Source: Klebsormidium nitens
Lineage: Eukaryota; Plantae; Klebsormidiophyceae
Direction: 5' to 3'
Length of the DNA stretch: 64,000 nucleotides
Assembly (NCBI GenBank): GCA_000708835.1
Contig: DF236969.1
Coordinates: 124,001-188,000, forward strand
Of the stretch, positions 13,478 to 25,400 are shown piece after piece (the first letter of the stretch is position 1; every line of letters begins with the position of its first letter). The position numbers and the translations under genes are program-made. The notes under the pieces are model-generated. The model had not been told where the DNA came from and did no database searches. It saw only the letters and a program-made list of their open reading frames with translations.

Positions 13478-14019
13478 GGGGAAGGTCACTTTGAAGTGGT
13501 ACCCCCCCTAATTATTTGTAGAGGGTTTTTGCCGGGAGCGCTAGGTCCCCCCCCCATACCCACGGCCCAAGTGGAATCGGAGCGTCGGGCCCCCCTCCCA
13601 TATATTTTTTCCGGATCAAGGCCCTGGGTACCCCCCCCATATCTGTATTTGGGAGAAGCCAAAAATGGATAGAGAAGTCGCTTATGCGGGCATATGAAAC
13701 CTTTTTCTTTGCTAATTTGCGTTCAAGATTTTCGTTTGGGGCATTTTGCAAGAAGTTTTTGACGAATATTAGTTCATATACGCCATTTGGAGCTTGATTT
13801 AGCCTCAGAATCACATGAAAATGGGGACTGGGCTCTACGTTCCCCCCCCTTGAGCTACCTAAAAGGCCAAGCTCGTTAGGTGCCCCCCCATCAAGCACTC
13901 CCGTGAGCAAAGTGTGGGTGTGTCCCCCCCCCATAGGGACCCCGAGCCGCGCACAGAGCCCTAGGCTCCCCCCCCTCACAAAAAATTAGGGGGCGTACCA
14001 CTTCAAAATGACCTTCCCC
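13478..14019. mobile_element. Tourist-like (PIF/Harbinger) MITE, 542 bp
   Basis: The 42 bp TIRs start GGGGAAGGTCA and match at 39/42 positions. TAA flanks both sides (13475-13477 and 14020-14022), and there is no transposase. Confidence 0.85.
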
Positions 14020-14785
14020 TAAGCAGCCCGGCTGAGCTGGCACGAGGCTTGCTTAGCTGCTTATCACAGAGCAGAGTGTTATTAGGCCCCTTTTGAAAAC
14101 CGGCGGGCAATTTCAATACCCCTATACCTAAAACGGCCGTTTTAGCAATTGGCTGTAATTCTCGAACCCTCAAATCGACGCGGCTCTCTTCCAAAATTGC
14201 CACCCGGCTTTCCTAGAGAGTGACGGGAGAGTGACCGCCCCTCCGGCTCGTTTCGATCACGTTGCCCGATTGGGCAAACGTTGGCTCAACGTGGCTCAGG
14301 GCGTTACTAAACCGTAAGTTACCATCACTCTCAAAGTGGTTGGAATTGGAGCAAACTGGCAACAATGGCGGCCACGTTGGTAGTGACTCGATTGCTGGAA
14401 ACTTTTTCGTGCATTTTTCTCTTGGTCGAGGGCCGAATATCTGGGACATGACTGCTAGTGTTCGCGCTTTAGGGCTTCACAATCTTGTCAAATTGGCATC
14501 CGATCATGAATACTCATCGCATCTGCTCGTTTAAACTCTTGTCAATTTCCAAATTGTCAATTTCCAAATAGTACTTCGATTGCGTGCACACATGTACAAT
14601 GTCAAATCAACGCTAATTGCTACTACAAATGAACCTTTTAGCGTATCATTTGTACACGAATCTTGCAACAGCTGCCCAAGTCCTTGTCAATGTTCAAGTA
14701 CTTGACTCAACCAATTCCTATGATTCAAAGTGGCGGAAATGGACGTGCTTTTCACGTCATGCATGATGCTATATGCACATGAGAC

Positions 14786-17700
14786 CTACCTGCAATAATC
14801 AGGCAGGCCTCCGCCTATCTGCTCCTCTCGACTTCCTCCGATTGTGCCAACATCCCCGCTGCGGCCAGAAAGTAAAACCCCAGGCGTGTCACCATTCCCC
14901 TGGCCCGTCTTAACGTCGTCAAAGGTCCCCGGGGGCTCAAACTTCCTAGCATCATCGTCGCTGTAAACTCCTGGAGCAGCCACAAATTCGGAGTAATAGC
15001 GGGACCACGGCTGAATCCCTACCCGACCATCGTCCCGTTGGTAATCTTCGACGGGACCAGGTGCACTGTATAAGTATATGGCAGCGACGGTCGCCAGGGC
15101 GACTGCCCCGGCGAGAACGTATTTTCGTGCAGCGAACGGATCCAAGGACACCTGCAGAACGTGGAGATTTTCCTCTTTCAGAAAGGAAGCAAGAGAGATG
15201 TTGAAAAAACATGCATCGCAGAACCAAGCACGACAGAGGCAAAGAAAGGGAGGCGGAACGATCTGAAAGTCGCAAAAGTCTGGAAATCTTCCCTTTGATC
15301 GAGGATAGGTTTTGTACAGGTGTTGATACAAAGCAAGCCTAGAATTGCCAAAAGGGATGAAAAGAACACCCACACGCGACGTCTGGATTTCTCCATGCCG
15401 CCGACTCCGGATGTACCCCAAAATCGAGGTAGGTAATACAACAGTCGATTGCCCCCACCTGTTCGTCCGAGCCGGCGCTCGGCAGTCGGATGAAGAGTGC
15501 GGGCACGAGGATGAATGCGCGCACGACCTGCTGGAACTCACTGTCCTCGTGCGTGTTGGACGAGTAACTCAGCAGCAGCAACGAGCAGCTAGCTAAAGAC
15601 ACGCCCAGCCCAGTCAGCACCGACTTGAGCCGCCGCAGTATCGGTTTTACCTGAATACATAAAGCAGGGTCATTCTAATTAGAAGCAGGGAGTTCGTAGC
15701 TGTCACAGATCGGCGAAGAAAGAAGTGAAAAGGTGTTTAATGAGAAGCGCCGACAAGGACTTGTCACAAGTCAGCATAGTCCGATCAGAAGATTTCAGAT
15801 GTGGCGATCAAAACGTCTTTGACTGGCAACTTGTGTCAACTTGCGGTCAAGTGTTTCTTACAAGAGCGACAAGTGCTTGAACCTATATACTGTGGACAGC
15901 TTGGAGATGCAACGCGCCTTGATATGAACGGAGGCTTCGACACTCGAACTTGTAAAGCAAATCGGTTTGGTTTGTCAGGAGCAAATCCTAGAGCAAGTCG
16001 AGTCATAGAGCGCCCTTTCCTTGTTCCCTTTAGTGGCGCGCACTGCCGAGAATCAACGAACATAAGAAAATGGGTACACAGGGTTCGTCGGTTTATATGG
16101 ACCAAAACTGCTCAGCCTACTCTGGATCGTCTCCTCCTGTCGTCGGCACGAGGCACTCCAAGTATTTGTAGGAGCTTGAAAGAAGAACATAAGTTCGCGC
16201 GACTCACTCGGTATGTCCCAAGCAATCTGTCTCGTGCAATCACCTCCGGCGTTTTTATCCACGTCTGTCCATCGTACCACCCACTCTCCTCGTCTGCAAC
16301 AATGGCACGTGCCTTTCAGCTTCCGAGGAATTTTCATGTTGCGGTCAGTTTCACTGAAGTTGAAAGCCCTGTCACAGACTGGAAACCAATCAAGTACTTC
16401 AATTCAATGCACAAGGGAAAAAGGATCTAAAGCGCAGCAAGGATCCACAGCGAGACCACATTGGGGGGAAAGAATTTGTGCAGGATAATCGAAAGATGTT
16501 TGAATTGACGAAGGTGGAAACGCCTCACATTCAACAGCAGCGTTTGTCAGGCGGTCACCCACGTACTGCCAGCCCATGTACAGCCGCACCACCGCCACAG
16601 TGACAGACAAAAGCGCCCCCGCTAAAGCTCCCACTGCGACCTTCAAGGGGTCCTGCGAAAGAGGGGCATCGGTTGTTGAACCTCCTTTATACTCCTCAGT
16701 CCAGTTGCGCACCAAGGTACAGACTGTCAGCAAACCTTGACCCGAATGCAAGCAACCAAACCGAGATGAACTGGAGGTCAACAAAGATTGTCAGTGATTA
16801 TTTGGAAGTGTCAAAAACTCGATTCGGCAGTTTTTTCAGAAATGGTTGGGCTTCTAAGAGCAGTTCAAGTGTGTTGGGCCTGTTCAAGAAGTTCTTCAAG
16901 CGAGCGAAGGGACTGCAGGTCCACAACAGAAGACCCGTGTTCTTGAAAGGGTTATATGTTGTCACTTATTTATGTTCAGGGGCTTGTTGAATCATGGACT
17001 TTTATCGACAGGACGACCTTCCAAGCATGGAGATAGCGGGACCTATCGAACCCGTTGGCGAGCAAGTTTGAGCGTCCAGAAGAGCTCCTGAAAGTACTTG
17101 ACATGCTTTACCCTTTTTCTACCATTGAACAAGTCCAGAAGAGTCTCGGCAAGTTAGTTCATGATGTTAAGCTTTCTCTGCCGTTGAAGCAGGCCCAAAG
17201 CCCGCCCTTCAAGACTAAGGGGCCCCTAGAGAAGGAAGGGCGGTGAGTGGCACCAGATTCAGCTTGCAGAATGCTGCTAGTTTCAGATGAGAATGTCGTG
17301 AACCTCTTCCAAAAAGATGACCACTCAAATCTCAATTGCTGTTGAACTCCTGATCCTAAAAGGGGTTTTTATTGAAGCCTAGCTTGACATGCTTCGGTCT
17401 CCTCAATGAAAAGGCAAGGACAATGAGGAAGTGATGGCACAGTCAATCACTGGGATACAACGCAGCGCATGCAGCACCAATTTGATCAGAATGGGTACAA
17501 AACCGACCAAAGCAAGCAGATCAAAGGTCTCTTAAACCAGGGCATAGCAGAACTTTTTCACGAATCTCTGGACTCAAATAGCTGTCCACATTTACTGGAA
17601 CAGAAAAAAGTTCTCGACACTTTTCAAAGCATGTTGCCCTTGCACTCTTGTACTCAGAGCTTGCCAGCCAGTCTATCCTTGCATTGAGAGCAGATTCGAA

Positions 17701-18269
17701 ATAGAGAAACCATGCGCCCTGCTTTAAAACTACGAATGATGCACCATAACTCTCACCTCTGATGGATCAAAACTCAGGCTCGCGACGGGCCAGCCCAGAA
17801 AGGCAAACACTCCGCACCCAAGAATTCCCAACCGCAGTGCAAATTCTGTGGGCTCTTTCTGGGCCCAAGAAAAAAAGTTTGAGCTGCTGAGGGACTTGTA
17901 CTCGTTGATCGGCTGCTGATCCAGGGGGACGGGGCACTTTGCTCCGTCCCCTCTTTCCGCAAACAGGGGGTCTTCCTCGGTTGAATTCCCCTCTCGATTG
18001 CCTCCCCGTGAAAGCGAACCAGAATTGTCCTTATTCATAGCCCTGCATACATGGCTGCATGGCCGATTGCTCCTTGGCACCCTATAACCCTTCAATGTTA
18101 TAGCTGGATTGAGGCTCCGTAGGGGACCATAAACTATCCTTACGGGCTCGTGTGCAAGAGCTGGGAGCGCACAACCGCTGGCCACCACCCTCCCATTGCT
18201 GCTGACTTGAGCAGAAATTTCGGCCCCCAAAGCGTGCACAGACGCCCGGCCCTGAAGGCTCTGCGCCAT
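14786..18269 (-). CDS. ycf36: Ycf36/DUF1230 (CGLD27-family) plastid membrane protein. Exons 18269-17757, 16652-16529, 16293-16208, 15650-15459, 15151-14786
   Basis: Motifs CPVPLDQQPINEYKSL, RLYMGWQYVGDRL, YEESGWYDGQTWIKTPEVIARDRLLG, VKPILRRLK and PGVYSDDDARKFEP. Splice phases are consistent. The junction of the last two exons is less certain. Confidence 0.85.
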
Positions 18270-18800
18270 GGTATTCTTTAGAAACGAAGGGGCACCTCCA
18301 AGTCGAAATCAGATCAAGACGGTCGTCCCCATGGAGGCTGCAGCCAGCTCCAGCTGCTGCAAATGACCTGCTGGTGGCTGGCACATTGCTGGCACAATGC
18401 TGGCACAATTTCAATGCAGCCTGCATGATGGGACTCAATTTTAGTCTCGGTCTAGTTCTCCAAAAAGCAACTTCCCGAGGGCTTTTCACATTACGATTTT
18501 CTGGGTCCTGGACCTGGGTCTATCATTGAATCTGGAAGGTGCTTGTGTGAACTGGCCCTCGCCGCGTGGAGGGGGACGCTGATTGGCTGCAGCAACACAG
18601 CTTGCAAAGAAGGAGACGCCAGGCTGTTGCTCAGCTCAAAGCTAGGAACTGGAAAGGAAGGAGGAAGGAGCAGGAAGAAGCTGTTCTACCACCGTACTCT
18701 AGGTAGTACTGGATTAAAATTAGATGCTGAGAGGTGCCCGTTGAGAGGTGCCTTGTTTCCCGGAACCCTGTAAGCGCGGGGTAGATTGGTGATTGCCACC
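18270..18800. promoter_or_regulatory. Short divergent intergenic region (putative bidirectional promoter) between ycf36 and SAR1
   Basis: The start codons sit head-to-head 531 bp apart. Confidence 0.5.
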
Positions 18801-20968
18801 ATGTTCATTGTTGACTGGTTCTACGGGATTCTAGCGACCCTAGGTCTATGGCAGAAGGAGGCAAAGATTCTTTTCTTGGGGCTGGACAACGCCGGCAAAA
18901 CGACGTTGTTGCACATGCTCAAGGATGAGGTCCGTATCTGAAGTTGTTCAAACCTTCTTTCAGTGCTATCTGCTTTTTTCTGTTTTTGCATGTCAACAGA
19001 GAACTGTTTTGGAAGCTTGTACCCCCAGCTCATTGCTCAACCTCATGCTTGGCCTCTGCTAAAGGAAGATGCATTGTTAGATGATGCATGCATCTCTGAG
19101 CTCCCTGATTGTTAGGTCGATCTTCTCAGCGTGAGCTGTTGATGAAACCTTGCCCTTGCTTTATCTTGAGAGTGTCTGATCCAGTTCTCCCTATGCAGCG
19201 GTTGGCGCAACATCAACCAACGCAATATCCAACGTCCGAAGAGCTCAGCATCGGGAAGATCAAGTTCAAGGCTTTTGATCTAGGCGGTCACCAGATTGCC
19301 CGCAGGGTCTGGAAGGATTACTATGCAAAGGTGCGTTGCACTTGTCAACATGCAGTGTTTTCTGGATCTAAAATGCACGGAAACTGCTGAAAACCTTGAC
19401 TGACAGCAAGGCACAGGGCTGGTTCAATCTCTGGCAATTATGTTTTGCAAGCCGTTCTTATACAATCAATGTTAAGGGGGTCCGACTATGTTAGGGTTGC
19501 GCAGATCCAAGAAGGTAGCCCATGAATCTTGGAAATTGACGAGGAAGGGACACTCTTTATTCCATTCCATGATTGTGATGTGGCTAAATCCGGACAGGCG
19601 TTGAGGTTTTCAGCAGCAATGTTGAGCAGGGCGAGAAAGAAGATCAAAAGCGGCGGTTACTTTTAGTTTATTTGCAAGGGCTTGTGCCTCCATGAACCTA
19701 TGGGTTTTGCCAATTGCTTATGTTTCCGGGACCGACCTGTTTGTTAGGAATCCTGTCTGGCTAGATCGAAAAATTAGGGTTTTGCAAAGTCAGCTTTCAT
19801 TTGTCTCAGTTAAGCTACTGACGATGGGTTTTTTTAAAGTTACAGTGTATCATCATATCTTTGCTCATCTTTATCTTGGTACCGTTTGTTATTGTTGAAG
19901 GGAGCAAAGCTCACTGCCACATCTTCTGCCCAACATCTTCTGTGGCTTGGCGCTTTCATATGTCGGTCTGCATTGGGGGTTGGACGGAGTTTGTTCATCC
20001 TTTATTCTGCAAGTTTTACGGAGCATCAGCAGGATCAGAGATTTGTCCAATCAAAGGCAGCATGGAGTGTAGCATAAATTTTAAACAAGCTTTGGCGTTG
20101 GGAATCACCTGAAGCGTCGCAAAATGGTGTCACCCTATAAGATTAACACCAGGCTTGATGCGCGAGTCCTACAAGGACACTTTTGCACTTCCGAGGATGG
20201 TCACAGTATGGCTTCTTTTGCTACCGGCTGCTGTTCTACTCTCTTTAAAAGCAAGCGGAGTGCTTCGTCTAAGCTCTTCGTCTCTAACAAGGTCGGCCAA
20301 GAAACTTGGCTACGTTGCAAGTGGACGAGCTAATATCTTCTCCGGGTGTCTTCCCTTGCTTGTCCGCGACCGAAATCCTTTTCCATGGTGTCCGCAAGTA
20401 ACTTCGGATGGTCAGGAGGCTCGCTTCCAGACGTTTTTGCCGCTACCTTGGCAGAGCTGAAGCCATTACAAGCTTACATGTCATCTGTCTGCGACCTCGG
20501 CAGAGTAACTCGAAGGGCAGGCTGGCGACGGCTCGTTTAGTGCGTCAAGGCAAGCAATGAACAGGAACAGCAGCGCAGCAAGACAGCTAGCCGTCACAAA
20601 TCTTTGACCTTCTTGCGTACTACTGAACATTACGTTTTCGCTTTCAGGTGGATGCGATTGTGTACCTGGTCGACGCCGTCGACAAGGACCGGTTCCCTGA
20701 ATCCAAGAAGGAGCTAGACGCCCTCTTGTCAGACGACTCCCTCGGTACAGTTCCGTTCCTGGTCCTCGGCAACAAGATTGACATCCCGATGGCCGCGTCA
20801 GAAGACGAGCTCCGGTACTCTCTTGGCCTTACAAATTACACGACCGGCAAGGGAAAGGTCAACCTAGAGACGACAAACATGCGGCCGATCGAGGTCTTCA
20901 TGTGCAGTGTTGTTCGGAGGATGGGCTACGGGGAGGGCTTCAGATGGGTCTCACAGTATATCAAGTAG
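18801..20968 (+). CDS. SAR1: SAR1 small GTPase (COPII), 193 aa. Exons 18801-18929, 19199-19330, 20648-20968
   Basis: Motifs [19 protein letters not shown] and MCSVV. The spliced length is 582 nt with phase-0 GT-AG introns. Confidence 0.97.
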
Positions 20969-22408
20969 GGCTTTACTGAGGGAATGCACTCGACACGCTG
21001 ACCGGCAGACGTCTTGATCTGGATGTATCTTAGGGTCGCTGCTGTGTAATCAGGGATAGCCATGTCGGAAGGATCATGCTTCTGTCTTTGCAACTGAGCC
21101 AATAAAGGGGGAATACGGGCCAGGATGATGTATGTCTTCACTGCGGTAAAGAGGTGGGCAACAAGTAACTGCTAGTTGTAAATGGAGCTGCGTATGATAC
21201 ATTCGCCAAGTCGGATTCTGATCTAGTGTATCTGAGCTCAGCATCTCTATTTTCATGGTGCCTCGAAACTCCTGTGTCTAGCTCGCTCGAATCCTCTCCA
21301 TCATGCACTGACTAGCTGAGAGGATTGTGGCTCATTTTGCAATCATGGATAATCAGACATATGACAACTTGTTACACACCGCGGTGCTGAAAGTCCCGCT
21401 TGAACCATTGGGAATCGTCATGTATAGCAGGTTATAGTCGTTTGTATGCGGTGCTGGCACATATACATACTAGCTAGCAAGGTGCACATGTGCAATTTGA
21501 GTCTGCACCCCTCGGGGGTTTCCACGACATCCATCATTGCGCCTGAACACTTCACGCACTCGGACTCATCTTCGAGACCCGATCAGACGCGGGTTTAGTA
21601 TATGAGTGAATGCATGATTGCTGCTGCCTCAGCAGGCCTCAAGCTCATGGCTAGGCTCACATGTGGATCTGCATGAGCATGTCCAATGCATGATCTCGAA
21701 TTCCAGCATGAACTTGCATTACGTCGAAATGTTAAGACATGAATTTTTTGTGAGTGACGGCCTTGGATATGTCATGACGGTACGTACTGAGAATCAGGCA
21801 TGATATGGCGAGCTCCAATCTAACAAAGGCTGCCATAGCCAATCTAGCTTAACCTTGAGCCGCCTCCATGCACCCCGTCCACAGAGCCTGATGTGGCCAG
21901 CCGAGAAACACTTGAAGTTCGGGGCTTTTACAATAAGACTTGATAAATTAAAATTTACCAGATTCACAAACGGCGGCTGGATTTGATTTAAAGTGAGCGG
22001 CCCGATGACACATCGAATTTCGATCATGTCAGCCTTCTTCATGTCAATGATTCTTCGAATCCATGATTTTCTCTTTCGAACGCCGTAGCCAACTGGGCCA
22101 TAGGCTTCTTATGGCATACTAGCATCTCAAAAGAGAAAAGAGCGTCTGCATATGATGCAAGCGTTTCGGCCAGGCGCGGACAATCTATCACCATAACGCT
22201 TAGGATCAGGACGTTACACCAGCTAGTCAGGAGCTTGATTAGTAGCGACTCGGTCTCAGCAAATTAGGTGTAACAGTATGGTCTTGCACCTGTTCCTCGG
22301 TCAATAGTACTCTGTTACTACTCTCAACATAAGTCGATCTACAGCGCAAAGACTCGTGCTGTCCTCTTCTCACTGGCCGCATTCACAAGATCAACATCAT
22401 TCTCCCTT

Positions 22409-25400
22409 TCATCTCCTCATCCTAGTCGTCTGTAAAAGGGCCGATTGCGACGTGTACGAGCTAGTGGACATGACGGATCTCGCGCTTTCCGGCTGTGGGC
22501 TCTGTGGACTGGTGGGCGTGTGCGGGCTGCGGGGGCTTTGACGCGACGGGCTGCCGTTTCGACTCCTCGCCAGGAGCATCGACTTCTGGGGGGCCACGTG
22601 GGCCGGGGTGCTGCGTCCGCTGACGCTCAATGGGCTCGGGCTGAGGCCCATGGACTGGAGGCGGATGTCGCTGATCTTCTGGTGGGTCTCTTTCCTGCGG
22701 TCGGCAGAGAAGCACGCATTGGGGAAGAGCGGCAAATGACTTAGTGTCGCTTTTGGAATGTGCTTCAAAACGCTCTCATTTGAGTTGGCTGAGGGCTCGT
22801 TATTTTCGAACGCATGGAGGTGGAATAGCAGCAAGAGTGACGTCAGGAATGGATCTCAGGGAGGAATGCATGGAAGCAAGAGCAATTCAATGCTAGACAT
22901 GATCTGTCATGGCGGTACATTCTGCTCTGTGGAAGCCCTTTGAGGGGGCACTCGTTTAGACGCACGGCAATTGACTATCAAGTCGCCCCTTGGCAAAGTG
23001 GACATTTGTAAGCGCAGACGCTTCGCTAGAATGTAAAAACCAAAAGCGAACGAAACCGGACAGCTAGGTTGAACACTTCACCCCGCAACAACAGGAACCA
23101 GACGCCTAGCCGCCGATCCGCAGAGCCACACAACGCTGAAAGCGGCCCATTCGTGGAGACAGCAGACGCGAAACGTAGATAACAAACATTCATCCAACTT
23201 AGGGAGAAGGCAAGGAAGAATTATGTGCGCGCACCTGTAATTGGACAGTTCCTTTTGGGTCATGGCCATGGAGTTTTGGTACTTGGTCTCTTTCGCGCGA
23301 ACTAGAATGAGCGCGAAGACGAGCAGTGCGATGACACCCCCGAGAATGGCGGGGTTGCCGACGTACTGGAAAGCCAGATGGAGGGCGGCTGGAAGCAAAA
23401 GAGAGGGGGACGGTAAGTGCATTCGGAAAAGAGGGGCTGAGTGCAGTCGAAAAAGAGCGAGCGGTGAACGCAACCGGAAAGGGCGGGCAATGAGTGCGCT
23501 TCAAAAAGCATCTGGGAACTCAAAGGACACCATTGATGCTTACGGGTGATATGCCGGGCTTGCTGATCAAAAAGAGTCTCAAATGGAAACAGGAGACGAT
23601 CTACTACGCCAAAAACAAAACTGAAGAGCAGCAGAGAAGGATGAGACGAGAGAATAAAGAGCAGCAGAAACGGCCAAGTGGGGCGGAAACAGTGCAAGAG
23701 CCATTGACGTTACGTGGAAGAAGCAGAGTCTTGAAATAGAAGAGCATGTACAGGAAAGCAGAAGAAGACATTATTACGAAGACAGAAGATAAAAGCCAGG
23801 CACTCACGCGGCGCGCGGTCGATGTAGTAGTTGATCCGTTTCTGCATGCTGGAGAAGGCGTGCGGGCCGCACGCCTCGTGCGTCTGCAAAAAGGAGATGG
23901 TGGCGGGGACGCTGCACAGAAGGAGCGTCACCAGCAGCAGGCCGTACGTCAGGTTGCTCGTGCGGCTCGCGCTGTACGTCTTCTCGGGGGGGGCGCACGT
24001 CGCCAGGGCCACGTTCTGGGAAAAAGTAGGGGGGAAGAGATTAGGGATTAGACGACTTATGTGTGACCAGGGCCAGGTTGTAGAAGAAATAAGGGGAACG
24101 AGGTGGGAGTATAATAAGGGGTGCGGCGCAAGTCGCCGGGGCCACGTTCTGGAAGAGGAGAGAGGGGGGGAAAAAGTGAATGCGTTCCTCTTTTAGGTGA
24201 AAAAGTGAGAGAGGACGGGTGATGGGAAGATCTGAAGTGTTTTTCTCGGGGGTTGCGCACGTTGCCAGGGCCACATTCCAAAATGGAGGGGGGGAGAAGG
24301 GACGACCTCAGCGCGTGCGTTTCGTTTCAGGGACCAGCTTTGAAGGAGAGGAGGGGCGATGAGAGGTTTGAAGTGTTTCTCTGTGGGGGGGCGCACGTCA
24401 CCAGGGTCACGTTCTGAAATGGGGAGGGGGGGACGAGATTAGTGACTGCATTTCTCTTTTCGGGGACCAGGTTCTGGAAGGAAGGGGGGGGCGATGGGAA
24501 ATTCCGAAGTGTTTCTCTGTTGCGGGGCGACCATCGCTAGGGCCACGTTCTGGAAGAAGGGGGGGGACGAGATTAGTACACGCGTTCCTCTTTTTGAGGA
24601 CCAAGATTTAACAGGGAGGAGGGGCGATCAGACGCGGGTCCCTGTGGGGGCCTGCACGTCGCCAGGGTCACTTTTTGAAGTACGGGGGGTAAGACGGGAT
24701 TGATGCTTGCGTTATTTGAAGGGGGCGCACCTCGCCAGGGCCACGTACTGGAGGGAAGGGAGGGAGGGACAAAACAAACACATCTGTTCCTGTCTTGGGG
24801 GAGGTCTGTGCGTGATCAGGGGGTCCTGTTTTGGAAGGGAGGGGGGAAAATGACTTCTCATGTTATTCTTTAAGGGGGCGCACTCGCCAGGCCACGTGTT
24901 GGAAGGAAGGGGGTGGGAACAAGACTACTCTTTGGAATTGCTTTTGTGGGGCTCGTGCGTGACCAGGGGGTAATGTTCCAGAAGGGAGTTATCTAAACTG
25001 TCTCTGCCTCTTTGGGGCGGCAACGTTGCCAGGGCGACATTTTGCGAGCACCGGGGGCAAAAAGTCACTCCCGTGGAAGAAGGAGGGGGCAATTGGCAAA
25101 AGGACAATAGGCACAGAAAGAGACGAGTCCTGAGCGGATATTGGGCGGACACTCATGAAGCTAGGGCCAAGCTCGTATTTGAAAGGGGAGATGGTGGAAG
25201 ACTCGGATCAGTCTGGACGACCTTCACGGGTTCGTAATGGCGTAAGGGGCACGAATTCGAAATAGGAGGGGCCCAAACAATTTGTGCAGGCAATTTTCGT
25301 TTAGGTGGTATTTTTGGCAAAGCCACATACGATCATCTCCGCGTGCAAACCTGCACAATAACACCGGTCTCTAAAGGCGGTCACAGCAAATGCTTCCGGT

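Noticed and set aside
15801-16430. 209 aa plus-strand ORF
   Set aside because: Antisense to ycf36 exons and introns, with no domain.
24016-25060. CRISPR-like appearance of repeat cores with variable spacers
   Set aside because: Eukaryotic intron with degenerate cores identical to an exon start, related spacers and no cas genes.
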